From: Moniliella sp. 'wahieum'
Lineage: Eukaryota
Reading direction: 5' to 3'
Assembly (NCBI GenBank): GCA_003971905.1
Contig: RSEE01000111.1
Location: 124,001-188,000, forward strand
DNA: 64,000 nt
Position 1 is the first letter of the stretch. Each line of letters starts with the position of its first letter. The notes below the pieces were generated by a model that did no database searches, was not told the origin of the DNA, and saw only the letters and a program-made list of their open reading frames with translations. Shown piece by piece: positions 12,634-24,714 of the stretch. Position numbers and translations under genes: made by a program.

Positions 12634-14644
12634 CTACACCTCAAACGCACGGGCCACATGCCGCACCACCCGCCCCAGCTCGTTGCCCGCCAGGCCTGGC
12701 CGCGGACAATAATCACCGATGCGCATTGAACACGCCCGCAAAGTACGCCGCCCGCCGCTGCAGCCCCGGCAGGCGCCGCAGCTGCTCCACCATCTCCCGC
12801 TGCGCCGCTGTCAGCGCCGCCACCGTCCGACGCGCGACCGCGTGCGTCGGCACCTCGCCCTCCCACTCCACCCGACGCGTCGAGAAGGCGGGCGCGGCGG
12901 TTCGGCAGACTCGACGGGCTCGGCGGACTCGACGGATTCGGCGATTTGGCCGACTCGGCGGGCGGGGCCGGGTGGGCTGCTCGGGCTCGCGCCGCCGGGC
13001 TCTTGCCACTCGGCCTCCAACGCCATGCCGACGCAAAGAGCATGTGCGCAATGCGGCTGCGCTCCAACTGCTCCTCATACCTCGTCCAGCGCGTGCAGTG
13101 CGTCGGGGTCGGGCGAGGCTTCCCGTGCCCGTGGCTGTGCCCGTGGCTGTGCCTGGCGGGGTAGCGTACGCCAAGGCCCAGGCGCGGCGCTCGTCCGTGA
13201 TGCGCGCCACACTCGCCCGCACATAGGAGCTGGTCTGGATCGCCATGTACCCCAGCAGCAGCGGCAGCAGCACAGGCGCCAAGATGGTGGCGAGGTAGTT
13301 GAGGGGAAACCGGAATGGGAAACGGCTGGGACGAAAGGCCATCCACGGCACAAGAACCATGCCGGCCAGAGCTTTGCAGGTGGACGAGACGCGCTGCACT
13401 GCACCCAGCATGTGGCTCTGCACTTGCTCCCACCGTCTTGGGGCTGGGGCCGTAGTAGTAGGCGCCGAAGCAGAAGCAGGAGCAGGAACAGGGGTAGGTG
13501 TCGCCGCGGTAGGCGGAAGCACAGCGTACGTGTCAATGAGGTGCGGGTAGCCCTCGACGAACGTTCTGTAGTCCCGGGTCGAGTCAATCAAGTCAGTCAG
13601 TACGCCGTCCCCGCAGTCCTTTTGATTGAGCAGAACACGTACAGATGCACCGTTTCGTCCAAGTCATCGGCAAAGGGATCATCCAATTCGAGCAAGGCCG
13701 TGCGGAAGGGCACGGTGCGGTCGTGTTTGGCCGAACCGTAGAAGACCTTGTTGCGAAACAGTGCAAGCGCCTTGAAGAACGCAAGACGAGGGTCTGCCAT
13801 TGCCTGCAGAAGCGAGCGCCCGTCTTCCTGCTTATTTTGCGCAAGAAGAGGCGTGTGCTCCCCCGCCTGGCTGGGAGGGGCGGGGGGGGATCCGCCCCAC
13901 TCGCGGTCAGTGCAGTACAGTTGCTTTCCCGTCCTGCCCAGCGCAACTTGTCCGAGCGAAGCAAAGACCGTGCCGGACACGGTGCCGGTGGGGGGGATGC
14001 CAATGTGCGGCGTGGCGAGCGTGATGAAGTTGACGGGTGTCAACGGGCGGGAAAGGGGGGCAGAAGCGGTCGGGGTGAAGAAACCGCGTCGGTAGAGCGC
14101 TCCCACGGCGTAGCGCGCGATGAGCCCGCCGAGCGAATAGCCAATCATGCTGAGATGGGTGACGGTGTGGCGGACGCCGGGCTGCAGGGCGTTTGGACGG
14201 GCCGTGTCGGAGGCCGTGTCGGAGGCCGTGGTGGAGGCCGTGGTGGAGGCCGTGGTGGAGGCAGTTGCGGCAGCAGTCTGTGGCGGCTCCCTCTCCGGCT
14301 CCATCTCGGACAGGCGTGTTGCTGGTCGGTGGCCCAGGCATGGATGCGGCGGATCTCGGCGTCGATCTCGCGGATGACCCCTCGGCGCACCAGTCGATGC
14401 CGTCGTACGTGTTGACCCAGCGGTTGGCGGTGCTGTTGAGGATGACGAGGAGCGGGCGCTTGGCGGGGTCGGGGGCGGCGGCGGAGGCGGCGGCGGAGCG
14501 CGGCGGCGGCGGGAGCTCGTTGGGCGGGGCGGGCGCGTGCACGCCGCCGTGCTGGTCGGCGAGCGTGTCGCACACACACGCCAGGTTGGAGGGGTCGCCC
14601 CACAGGCCGTGCACGGCGACGACGAGGTGCACCGGCTGGGCCAT
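12634..14644 (-). CDS. DUF676 alpha/beta-hydrolase, putative lipase/serine esterase (Rog1/Lpl1-like)
   Basis: HLVVAVHGLWG, TYDGID, nucleophile motif IGYSLGGLIARY, NFITLATPHIG, HDRTVPF, and C-terminal NAH..IIVR..VVRHVARAFEV*. Confidence 0.88.
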
Positions 14645-14961
14645 CGGCGCAAAGTGGAGAGGTGGTTAGCGAGGGGGGATGGGTTGGCCCACGGATGCCA
14701 TGGCGAATAGATCCCGCCCTCAGAATCATTCATTATCAGGTGCCACAGCCCAGGCCCAATCGGGCGGCCGGTGTGTTGCACCGAAGAGGCAGCGGCTGCG
14801 ACTTGTTCTCGGGACTTTTATTGGTCTTCCTCCCCAGGCGTCTTGCTTTTTTTGTCCCGGCCATCCAGAACTCCGCCGCCGCCACCACCGCCTCCTTCGT
14901 CACCACCACCGCCGCCACCACCACCTCCGTCTCCGCCTCCACCCCCCCCCCCCCCCCCGCA

Positions 14962-16579
14962 ATGCTGCCCGCGCCGCTGCTCTGCCCCTCCGCGCTCCCC
15001 CCCGCCCGCCCTTCTCCACCTACCCGCCCCGCTATTCCTCCCGCCACGCCGACGATCCCGCCGCACCCACCTCCACCTCCACCTCCAGCTCCGCCGCTGA
15101 CGGGTGGCTGGACCCCTTCCAGGACAACCCGCACTACCGCACCCAGACGCGCGGCTGGGGCACATGCGATGATGCACATCCGGACCTCGACGCCGACGCT
15201 GAAGTTGAGGTGGACATGGAGGCCTACCATCTGTCTGACCGGGTTGCCCAGGGCTGGGCGCCGCGTGGGTCGGACTTTATGGATCCGCAGTCGGCCATTC
15301 CTGAGCGCGAGCGCGCCGCGCTGTCCAGCCTCTTCTCCCAGTACGAGCAGCGCCGGTCCACCGATCTGCCCGCGCACTCCACCCCGGACTTTTCGCATTT
15401 GGGCCAACGCAAACGCGACGCGGGCAAGGCGCTGCCTCGCCTCGGCCCGGGCCAAGTCGCCCCAGACAGAGGAAGACCCAATGCGCGCATTTGCTCGCCA
15501 AAGGAATCTCCGGTCCAAGGTCAAGACGCCCTACCGCGAAGCGCTGCGTGAGTCCACTGCCGTGTCAGCAGTCCAGATGAACGAGGTCATGCGACGCGTC
15601 ACCACCGACTTGGCCGCGTGCCATTCCGATGTGGCAGTGTGGACGTGGGCAGAAACGAACGTGTTCCCGCCTGCGCCGGCGCCAGAGGGCGAAAAGCAGT
15701 CGGCCCCGCCGCGCCCGTATGGCATGACCACACCGTACTACCAGCCGGTGCTGACCGAACTCGTGATCACGCTCCGTGACCGGTTCCGCTCGCCGCACAT
15801 GGCCGTGGCGCTGTACGAGCGGATGAAGAACGTGTCGCTGTCGTCGTATGTGCTGGGGTGCTCGGGGACGCTGCTCAAGGAGATGCTGCACGTGTTCTGG
15901 GGCAGTTTCCGGGACTACGACCGTGTGGCGCAGACTGTAGCTGAGGCCCAGGCGGCCGGGGTGATTTCCTTGTCGGGCACAGGCGCCGGCGGTCGTCATG
16001 GCACGTCGCCGGACGTACCCACTCCGCTTGGCTGTCAACCAAATCAACGATCAGGTCTCGGCGCAAATTCGCAGCGTGCACACCGAGCTGGTTTCGCTGC
16101 CCGTTGCCGACCCGCCCGCGCTGGGACACGAACAAGATTTCTGGTCGGGCTCCTCTACCCCGCTCGCCACGCAGCCGAAGCGGCGTACCACTACTCCGAC
16201 CCGCTGCCCAGCGCGCGGTCGACGTGCACGATCTCGCCAACGCGCTGCACGAGGAGGAGGATGTGTTGGGCAAGTGTTCCAAGAAGAGACCAACATGCAG
16301 ACCATCAGTACGCCTTCGCCCTTTGCCGGCGGGCCTGCCGAGCAGAGCGAAACGTTACCGGGCAAAGGCCTGCATTCGTTCCACCCCGCTCAGGGCGGAC
16401 AAACCCAGGTGGTCAAGACGGACTTTGCGGGGGAACTGTTGGCTAGCCGGTTGTCCTCAGTCAACGACCAGCTCGGATTGACAGAGACGCTGCACCAGTC
16501 CAACCGGGCCGGACGCTCTCACTCTACCGCCCTCCCTCGTCCTCCTGACCGTCACCACGCCAGCCACCCACGAGCATAG
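14962..16579 (+). CDS. Mtf2-like mitochondrial protein (Mtf2 C-terminal domain)
   Basis: D.AVWTWAETNVF..YQPVLTELVITLRDRFRSPHMAVALYERMKNVSLSSYVLGCSG..FWGSFRD..AGV matches the fungal Mtf2 pattern as I recall it. Both ends are uncertain. Confidence 0.7.
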
Positions 16580-16779
16580 GGCAGGTAGCTCGCTTCTCTG
16601 TACCGGCTAGCTACAGCGTGCGCTCGTGCCGCCTCTCCTTTTTGCATATCCTCTGCACACTACTGATCTCCATGATGCCATCCCATTCGGCGGGAAAAAA
16701 AGAAGAGCAAGGTAACTTAACTTGTCGACCCAGGTAGACCTTAGCAGTTGGGCTGGACACAGTAACGCCGACCGAGGCC

Positions 16780-17983
16780 TTACTTGGTCTCCTCTGGCAG
16801 AATGAGCTTGGGCAGGTTCCCGCTCTCATCTGGCTTGTATGGGTGGACGAGCCATTCCTGCGAATCCCGGGTGGTAGGTCAGATGAGGTCAGTGCATCGT
16901 TCGCGTGCGCACGGCCGCAGGAGAGGGACGAGGGAGGACGATAACGTACGGAGAAAGCCTTGATCTTGGGCACACCCCGAATCTCTTCGGTCAAAAGCGG
17001 CATGCGCACCAGGTGGAAGTCATCCGCATACAGTTCCTCCATCTCGGCCAGGTACTTGTCTTGCATCGCCTTGCGCACCGAGCAGTGTTGGCAGTTGGAC
17101 CCGGGGGGAGGGTAGAGCAGTTGGTTGCACACAATGGCGTGGGTGTCAATCTCATATTGCGTCAGCTCTTGGATCAGTCGTTCCGTTTCGTACAGCGACA
17201 AGAACTCGGCAATGCACACGCAGACAAACGTGGTTTTTTCCTGGAAACGAGGCGGGTGAGTATGTAGAAAGAAAAAGAGGAGAAAAAGCAGCTCAAGAAG
17301 AAGCTCTCGGAGAGCGAGCGGGAAGGGGACGACGTACCGGGTCCTTGAATTGGGTGTTGACTTCGGTGATGATCGCGCGCATGCTCTCCAGCCGGGCAAA
17401 CATGTCTTCCTGGTTCGCGCCTGCACTGCCAAGGATCCCGTTGAGCATTGGGCCAAAGCTGCGGCCAAGGGTGGAGAACTTGGCCAGGGCCTTCTCCAGG
17501 ACCGAGGGGAAGCTGAGGAAACGCAACCGTGTGACCGGTGGGTGCCGTGTCAAATACGACCACGTCGTACTCCATCGACTTGACCTGCTTCATAATCTCG
17601 GCAAAGCCCATCGCTTCGTCCACACCGGGGATGGCAAATGCCATGTCTTGCATGATGGACCCCATGGCGCCACCCTGCGCCTCGGACTGCTGCACCATCT
17701 CCTCAATGCTCGACTGCGGGTCGATCTCCATCGCGGACAGGTTGTCAAAGCCAGTGACCTTGGTGGCCTCCTTGCCGAACTTTTGCCCAAACGCATCGGA
17801 CAAGTTGTGCGCAGGGTCGGTCGAGATGAGCAGGACCGAGGAGCGCACCTTGGCCAGCTGCACGGCAAGCGAACATGCGGTCGTCGTCTTGCCCACACCG
17901 CCCTTGCCGCCGACATAGACCCAGCGGAGCGAATGCTGGTCAATGATGGATGCCAGTGTCGGGTCCAGCGGTTCGTCGGCCAT
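16780..17983 (-). CDS. GET3: ATPase GET3/ArsA (tail-anchored protein targeting)
   Basis: [58 protein letters not shown] and CQHC motifs; two introns (about 17243-17336 and 16858-16949). Confidence 0.96.
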
Positions 17984-18319
17984 GATGGGAGGAAAGGGGA
18001 GGAGGAGGTGGTGGGTGGTGGTGGTGGGTGGCCGGGCAGCGTCGGATGGGACGGGCGGCTGGCGTTGGCGACGACTGGGCTCCGCCTGGCCACGGCGGCT
18101 TCCTGCGCCACGTGGAGCCAGGGAGTAGGGTTGGGCACAACCCTAGTGCGTCGAAGCGGCTGGAACGCCGCCGTCGATTAGGATCATGCATTGGATCGAT
18201 CACCGCTACGTCTCGACGCGCACAGGGAGGGATGGGTATTATGTGCATGCAGTAATCCACCTCGCATCGAACCATCATTACCATCGCCACCGCCATCGCC
18301 ACCGCCACCGCCATCGTTA

Positions 18320-19200
18320 TCACCGCCGGAAACCTGCTGCCGTAGTGGAGGGACTTAGCCGGGACGACGTCGAGCCCGGTCCCAGCCCATACCCCCCCAC
18401 GGGGTGGAACGAAGACATCATACTCGTGTCGTCCAGGTCGGGCCCATCAAGTCGTCGTCGTCGGCCGGGGGCTCGGCCAGCGCCTGGAAGGTGAGCAGGT
18501 CGCTGAATGCATTTTGGAAAAACGGACGCAACTCGCTGATCTCGAGCGAGGAGATGTTGGTCATCTGCAGCACAGCGAGAGCGACAGCCAGTCAGAGCGT
18601 GTGGGGGGGGAGCGGTAAGCGCACATATAGCCACTCATACGTACCTCCAGGTGGACTGGGTTGAGGGAGGTCATGCCATGGCTGATCTTGGCCTGCCGCG
18701 CTTCTCGCAGATCTTTTAACACGCGCCGGATGGGCTCGGCATCGGGAATGTCGTCGCCCGCTCTGGATGGGGGGAGGAAGGGGAGCGGAGGAGTGGGGGC
18801 ACGGAGGATGGGTCAGGCACAGCGACGCAGCGGGGGAGGGGGGGGGAAGAAGATGGGCTAGAGCCGGGTACGCACACGTCGAGGATGGTCTTGGCGAGGA
18901 TGCCGTGGTGGAGAGGGAGGGAGGCAAACTGGGGGTTCTGGATCTCGTCGGTGTAGGTGGCCTGGAGGTGCTCGATGGTGAGCCAGGGCGGGGGCACGAT
19001 GCGGCAGCGGTTGCGCTTGCGGAGGGTGAGCGCGAGCCAGAGCGGCACGCGCGTCTGCTGCGGCGGACGGAAGGGCCGTAGGTGCCGCCGAGGAGACGCA
19101 CAGGTCCATCTCGAGGTAGGGCACGATCGCCACCTCCTCCGCCTCGGAGGCGACGTACTCGAGCTCGGTGGGGGTGAGGCCGCCGAGGGCATGGGGACAT
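18320..19200 (-). CDS. PSF2: GINS complex subunit Psf2
   Basis: LTPTELEYVASE, GPFRPP..VPLWLALTLRKRNRCRIVPPPWL, DDIPDAE..LKDLREARQAKI and LEISELRPFF; two introns. Exact ends uncertain. Confidence 0.92.
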
Positions 19201-19456
19201 GGGGGGGGGGGGGGGGGGGGGGGGATGGGGGAGACGACGGAGAGGACGAGGAAGACGACGGAGACGACGAGGACAAAGACGACCAAAGAGGAGTTGCGCG
19301 TGGCAACCCAAGTGATGATCCGCGGCGCGTCGCGTTCCGCCCAGAAACCACGTCGGGAGGCTCGACCGCTGATCTCATCCCTCGCCATCCCATCTGCCCG
19401 TCGCGCGGCCCACCGCCGCCTCCACCGCCGCCACCGCCACCGCCAACGCCACCGCC

Positions 19457-22400
19457 ATGGCCAGCCCCCCGCGCCCTCCGCCCGCGCGGGCCTCGCACAC
19501 ACCGCGCGCCCTCGTCTCCGCCTCCGCCGCAAACGCAAACCCAAACGAAACGCCCGACGCCGCCATGCGCGCCTCCCTCCACGCGATCCACTCGCGTCTG
19601 CAGCGCATCGAGTCTGCCCTCTTCGCCCTCTCGGACCTGCGCGCGCTCGTGCTGGAGATCCAGGAGGACGTGCGGGCGTCGCGCGCTCACTCCCACGCGC
19701 ACACACGCCGCCACCGCCATCCCCGCCCCCGTCTGAAGCCCCACCCCCACCCCTCCTCCCCCATCCCTCCCCCCCATCCCTCCCCCCCTCCCGCCCCGAC
19801 GACGCAGCCCTTGCGCCCCCGCGCTCCTCCTCCCGTGCTCACCTCATGCCCACGCCCACATACATTCCCACTCCCACTCCCACTCCCCATCTCGCTCGCC
19901 TCACGCTCGCGCTCCTGAGCGCGCTCCCCGCCCCCTCGCAGCGCCTCCCCTCCTGCCCTAAACACGAACCCAGCACGGAAAAGCGTGCGCCCCTTCCCCC
20001 CGTACCCACTGCCAGTGTTCGCTCCAAAGCACGCCACGCGCCACGGGCGCCGCCTTCCCCGTCCTGGCGGCAGCCAAGGAGCCCGACCTGACCTCGCAAC
20101 CGGGCTTGGCCTCGCTGCCTCCCTCGCACCGGGCTCTGATCATGGCACTCCGGGCGACCTCACCTCGGTCGTCCAGGGCTCCACTTCCTCGGACGCGGTG
20201 GCCCAGTGGCCAACGGACTGCTCGACCCCGCACCTGCCCCGTGGAGCAGGCGCCCACTCTGGGTGGCCACGCAGAGCGACTCAGCATGGAGGCCGAGGAC
20301 GGTCCAGAGCGGAGCGTATCTTTATTTGGACGATGAGGACGATGTGCTGGATATGGACGCGCTCGATGAGCAGGAAGACTCGGCCGAGGAGGAGGAGGAC
20401 GAAGAGGACGATCGTCGGACATCCATCACCCTCTCCTCTAGAGCGAGCACGAACACAGCCACGATGAGGAGGAAGATGAGATGTGGGAAAGTGGGGAAGA
20501 AGAGCAAGAACAAGATCCGTCGCCCTCCTCTCATCCGTCCCGCCTGCTCAGAAGGCGGCAGTGCACCCACCCCGTCGGCCCAACCCTCCAAACCTGTCAG
20601 CAGCGATCCTCCCGATGTCGAGGAAGGCGTGGACGAGCTGTCGACGGCCGAGTCAGAGCTGGAGCCCGAGCGCAGGGCCAACCTCTCTGTCCCGCCACCG
20701 ACAAGAGAAGATGCCCGACGGAAACGCAAGCACCCTGAAGAAGACGAACCGCGGCTGGTGCGCGCCCGGACCGAAGCGCCAGCACCAACGCCAACGCCAG
20801 CGCCAGCGGCCGCTCCCGCGGCCGCTCCCGTCTCCACCCCATCCGCCTACCCGTTCGTGTTTGATGGCCCGCCGCTCTTTCCTTGGTCCCAAGCAGGCCA
20901 GAACGAGGGAGAGCGCCACCGCACAGCCGCGGGAGGAGCAGCAAGAGCCCCCATGCACCCCCACTTGCCCCAACGACGCAAATATGGATGGACATGCCCT
21001 ACTCCTTCCCTTCGCTCCTTCGGCCTCGTCGGCCCTCCCGGCCTCTCTGGTCGGATCCAACCCTTCTACCCCTCACCCACCCCACCTTGCTCCTGAACGA
21101 CCTGCTACTACGCCGCCGCCTGCACACCCTGCCGCCGGCTACACCGGCTGCCGTTGTGCCCCGAGCACAGACCGGACCGACCTCCGCCCCCCGACCCTGC
21201 GATGTGGGACTCGTGTTTCCCAGCGGAGGCGCCATGATGGCCGTCGGAGCGTACATGGAAACTGCCAAGGCCCGACGCGTCGCAAGAAACCAGCCAGCAC
21301 AACGGGGACCGATGCCGTAGCTGGCTCGCCCGCCCGTCACGCTCTTCCCGCGCTTCGTTGTCCGTCCCGGTCTTGGCTCCTACGCCCGAGCCCGTCCCAG
21401 CCGCCTCACCTCTTCCGCAGGCCCCCACCTTGTCTCCCGATCCAGCCCCCGCACCGTCTCCTGTTCCCGCTGCCGCCTCCCCTGCTACCGCACCGGCCCG
21501 CCACCTGCTGCGCCTTGGAGCCTACCCCTCTTCCTCCTTTGGCGAATCCGATTCTTCCTTCCGGTCCTGATCCTGCGCCCTCGCCCACTGCCACCACCGG
21601 TTCGGCAGGTCCTGCCCCTGTTGTCCCTCCTGCTCCCTTGCCGTCGTGGCGACAACGTCCACCTCAACCTCAACGTCGACGCCCGCCGTAGTCGCGTCGG
21701 AGACGGGACCGGACGATGCGAATGACGATCTGCGCTCTGTATGCGTTCGCCGCTCCGCCGTCCCGCACGAGCCCCAACGAAACGGGCCAAAAAGCCGGGC
21801 AAGTCTTCCGTCGCCCACGGCACGTCCGTGCCGCTAGTCACCACGCGGGCGCCATTCCACGCGGGATCCCTATCCGGAAGGGTTCCCGTTCCCGCCGCCA
21901 CCGTGGCGGGACGGGCTGTGGTCCTGGCCAGAGGAAGCGAGCACGGTACCAGGGTTATGGAAAGTGTGGCACCGCGGACGGCAGCCCAACGAAGCAAGCA
22001 TCGTGTTCCTCAACACGATCTACGGCGCCAGCTGGCGCCGCTCCGTCAAGGAACGACAACATTACTCCTCTCGGTCTCGGATCGTGGAGGAAGTAGCAGC
22101 GGTAGCGGCGCACGTGCTTGCCCATGGCCTGGAGGGCCGCCCTGTTTCCCCGCCGAGGCGGAGAAGAAGCGTGCGCTCGCCTGGAAACGGTGCGCGGCGT
22201 GTACAGCTGACGATGCTCAGCCGCGCGCTGCGGCAGGAGAAGGCAGCCGGCGCTCTGCCCGGTCAATTGGCCGCTCGGGGACCTGACATTTTCCGTCCGT
22301 GCGCCAAACCTAGGTCGGAACCACAACCACAACCACAACCCCAGTCCCAATCCCAATCCCAATCCCAATCCCAATCCCAATCCCAATCCCAATCCCAATC

Positions 22401-22599
22401 CCAACCACACCACCACCACCACCACAGCCTGAACCACAACCACGCCCCGCCGCCGACACGCCCCTCGGCGCCCGCTCCTCCCCCGCGTGCCCACGCCGCC
22501 TCCGCCTGGATCCGACGGATGAGAAGGGGCGACGACAAATGTATAGTATGCGATACCATCTCTGCATGTAGAGCAGCACACGAGCGAGGCGGAGGATAA
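19457..22599 (+). CDS. Low-complexity protein with C-terminal GCR1_C-type DNA-binding domain (Gcr1/Msn1/Hot1 family-like)
   Basis: N-terminal short coiled coil (LHAIHSRLQRIESALFALSDL), then acidic and Pro-rich linkers. Segment ~21900-22245 reads TVAG..YQG..SIVFLNTIYGASWRRSVKERQHYSSRSRIVEEV..LETVR..LTMLSRALR. Multiple frameshifts. Confidence 0.65.
22345..22404 (+). repeat. (TCCCAA)n hexanucleotide microsatellite encoding poly-SQ, followed by poly-His
   Basis: About 10 copies visible. Confidence 0.9.
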
Positions 22600-22699
22600 T
22601 GGAGCGCGCAAGGCCAGGCGGGAGGTGGTCATCAGCTTCGAAGTGCAAATCGAGCGGGCTGTGCGCGGTATTTGACCCGTAGTGATGTTGCCTCCAACA

Positions 22700-22791
22700 G
22701 CCTCTTTGGCTCAGTGGTAAAGCATCTCACTAGTAAGCCGTTTGGTCTACTGTACATGAGAAGATCGGTCGTTCGATTCGGCCAAGAGGCA
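22700..22791 (+). tRNA. tRNA-Thr(AGT) with 20-nt intron (22736-22755)
   Basis: Acceptor stem GCCTCTT/AAGAGGC, A-box TGGCTCAGTGG, anticodon stem TCTCA/TGAGA with CT-AGT-A loop, T-loop GTTCGATTC, discriminator A. Confidence 0.93.
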
Positions 22792-22794
22792 TTC

Positions 22795-22802
22795 TTTTTT
22801 TT
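22795..22802 (+). terminator. RNA polymerase III oligo-T terminator
   Basis: T8 run 3 nt after the tRNA 3' end. Confidence 0.85.
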
Positions 22803-23183
22803 GGCTGGCAGGTTCTGCCCGCCATTTCCTTGAATTGGTTCAGATGAACAGCCCACAATCTATAATACTTACACCTATCCTTCCGCTCATTATACGGCCC
22901 GACCACTCTGTGACCCAATGCGTGCAAGGCGAAAGAGGTCCATGAGGTGGACACCCAGGTCGAATCAATTTTGCGGCGGCGGAGAGGCGCGAAATAATAG
23001 GACAGTGCGAAACAATATAAGGAGGCACGAGAAAAGAAAAGTCACAGACGAGAATCAATGCGGCGTGGGTCGTACGTGCAGAGAGAGAAGAAACCGAGGA
23101 TCTACTAGGCACATCGAATTGAGGCAGTGGACAACCACCACCATCAAAACGGATATTCTGATCCGAGCAGCACCCTGTGTGCC

Positions 23184-24714
23184 TCACACTCTCAGTCTGG
23201 CAGGGGGGTTAGGGTGGTGCACCGTTGCTTCCCCAAACAAGCTCAGTGCGGCCCGGACCTCACAGAACCGTCGGTTGTGCGTTTTCAGAAGACCGATCGT
23301 ACTCTGTCGATTCTTCTTCTTCTCTCCGTCATACGAATCATACGAATCATACGGATCGGAATCTGCCTCTTCATCTTCGTCATACGAATCATACGAGTCG
23401 GGATCCGTCTCTTCGTCATACGAATCACCAACCGTCTCTTCGTCAGTCGGTGTGGAAGGGGCTGGGCAGCGAGGCGCTGCTTAGTTGCGGCCCAGACCGG
23501 GCCCCAGTCTTCCGCGAGCTGAGTCCGCACTGGTAGTTCTTCAGCCCCAGGCGGTACGCCCGGCCTCACCACCTCCATGTTGCGATGGTAAAACACGGTT
23601 TTTTGGAAGGGGTGCGCCCAGACGCAGGAAGCTCGTCACCTTGATCCTCATTGTCGCCAACCCATCTCCGTCAGCGCCTTGACCATTTCGGGATCAGCAA
23701 GCAGCTCGGCCGTGCTGGGCCGTTGGGTCGGCTCGTAGCAGACCAGCCGGGAAAAGAGCTGACGGAGGTACATCGAGTAGTAGCGGGCCGGAAGTGCAGG
23801 CGGGAGCAGGTTCGTTTGGTAGAACTTCAAGTACCCTTCCAACTGCTGCACCGGCTTACCGGCGGGAAAAAGAAGAGCTGAGCAGCATAGCTCGTGCAGT
23901 ACACACCCCAATGCAAATACGTCCACCGCGGGCGTCGACATGGCACCTGAAAAGTACAACTCGGGCGCCATGTAGCCTGGTGTGCCCCCTTGGGACACTA
24001 CGCTTGCCTCGCCGGGTCGGAGAAACAAGAGTTGCCAAAATCGGCCAACTTGATCCGCTCGTTGGGAACAGGAGAATGTTGGAGGGCTTGAGGTCGTGGT
24101 GGATCAGCGGATATAGACCCCTCTCGTAGTGCAAGTGATGGTGGCAGTAGTCGAGCGCTAGGGGACTTGCACCACTACGTCATAATTTGCTTTTCGGGAA
24201 GCCCTCCGAGGCCCTGCCTCCTGCGCCATGGCAGACGACCCAGATCGCCTTCCGGCGCAAGCTCCATGACCAGATTGTACGTCCTGTTCCCGCATAGATT
24301 CTTCAGCATTCTTCGTTGGTGCACACGGCTACTGTACACTGGAGAGAGAAAGGAGATGGGGGGGTGATAAGGGGGTATATACGTACTGCTTGGTGGAATC
24401 GTAAAAATGGTCAAGGTAGGGCACAATGTGAGGATGCGAGAGAGCCTGCAGCGTCCGCACTTCTCGCCACAGGGCCGACCGCCTGTGTAGTTCGCTTTGG
24501 GACCATGCAACCGGCGAACGCGTTTGCACGCCACCAGTTCCCACGTAGTGTATCGGGCGACGCTGACCACTTTGCCGTTGTTGCCCTGCCCCAGGGGCTC
24601 AGGCGAGCTGTACTTGCCCACACAGTTCTTTGGCGTATCTAGCACGGGCCATGACTCTTCGGAGAGGGAGACCATCTCCGGCCCGTCCGGTCCGGCCGCG
24701 TTATTGGCGGACAT
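23184..24714 (-). CDS. Divergent NEK/NimA-like Ser/Thr protein kinase (non-RD) with acidic DSY-repeat tail; possible pseudogene
   Basis: LGQGNNGKV, VACK, REVRTLQALSHPHIV, LVMELAPEGDL, IHHDLKPSNILL, ADFG, GTPGYMAPE, DVFALGCVLHEL and QRPSTAELL. Intron 24339-24386; in-frame TAG at 24175-24177. Confidence 0.8.

Noticed and set aside
22345..22404. Interstitial telomeric repeat
   Set aside because: The unit is TCCCAA (TTGGGA), not TTAGGG, and it lies in frame as an SQ repeat in a coding region.
12582..22648. Many long overlapping or antisense ORFs rich in R/P/A/G
   Set aside because: Shadow ORFs expected from high GC and codon bias opposite real genes.
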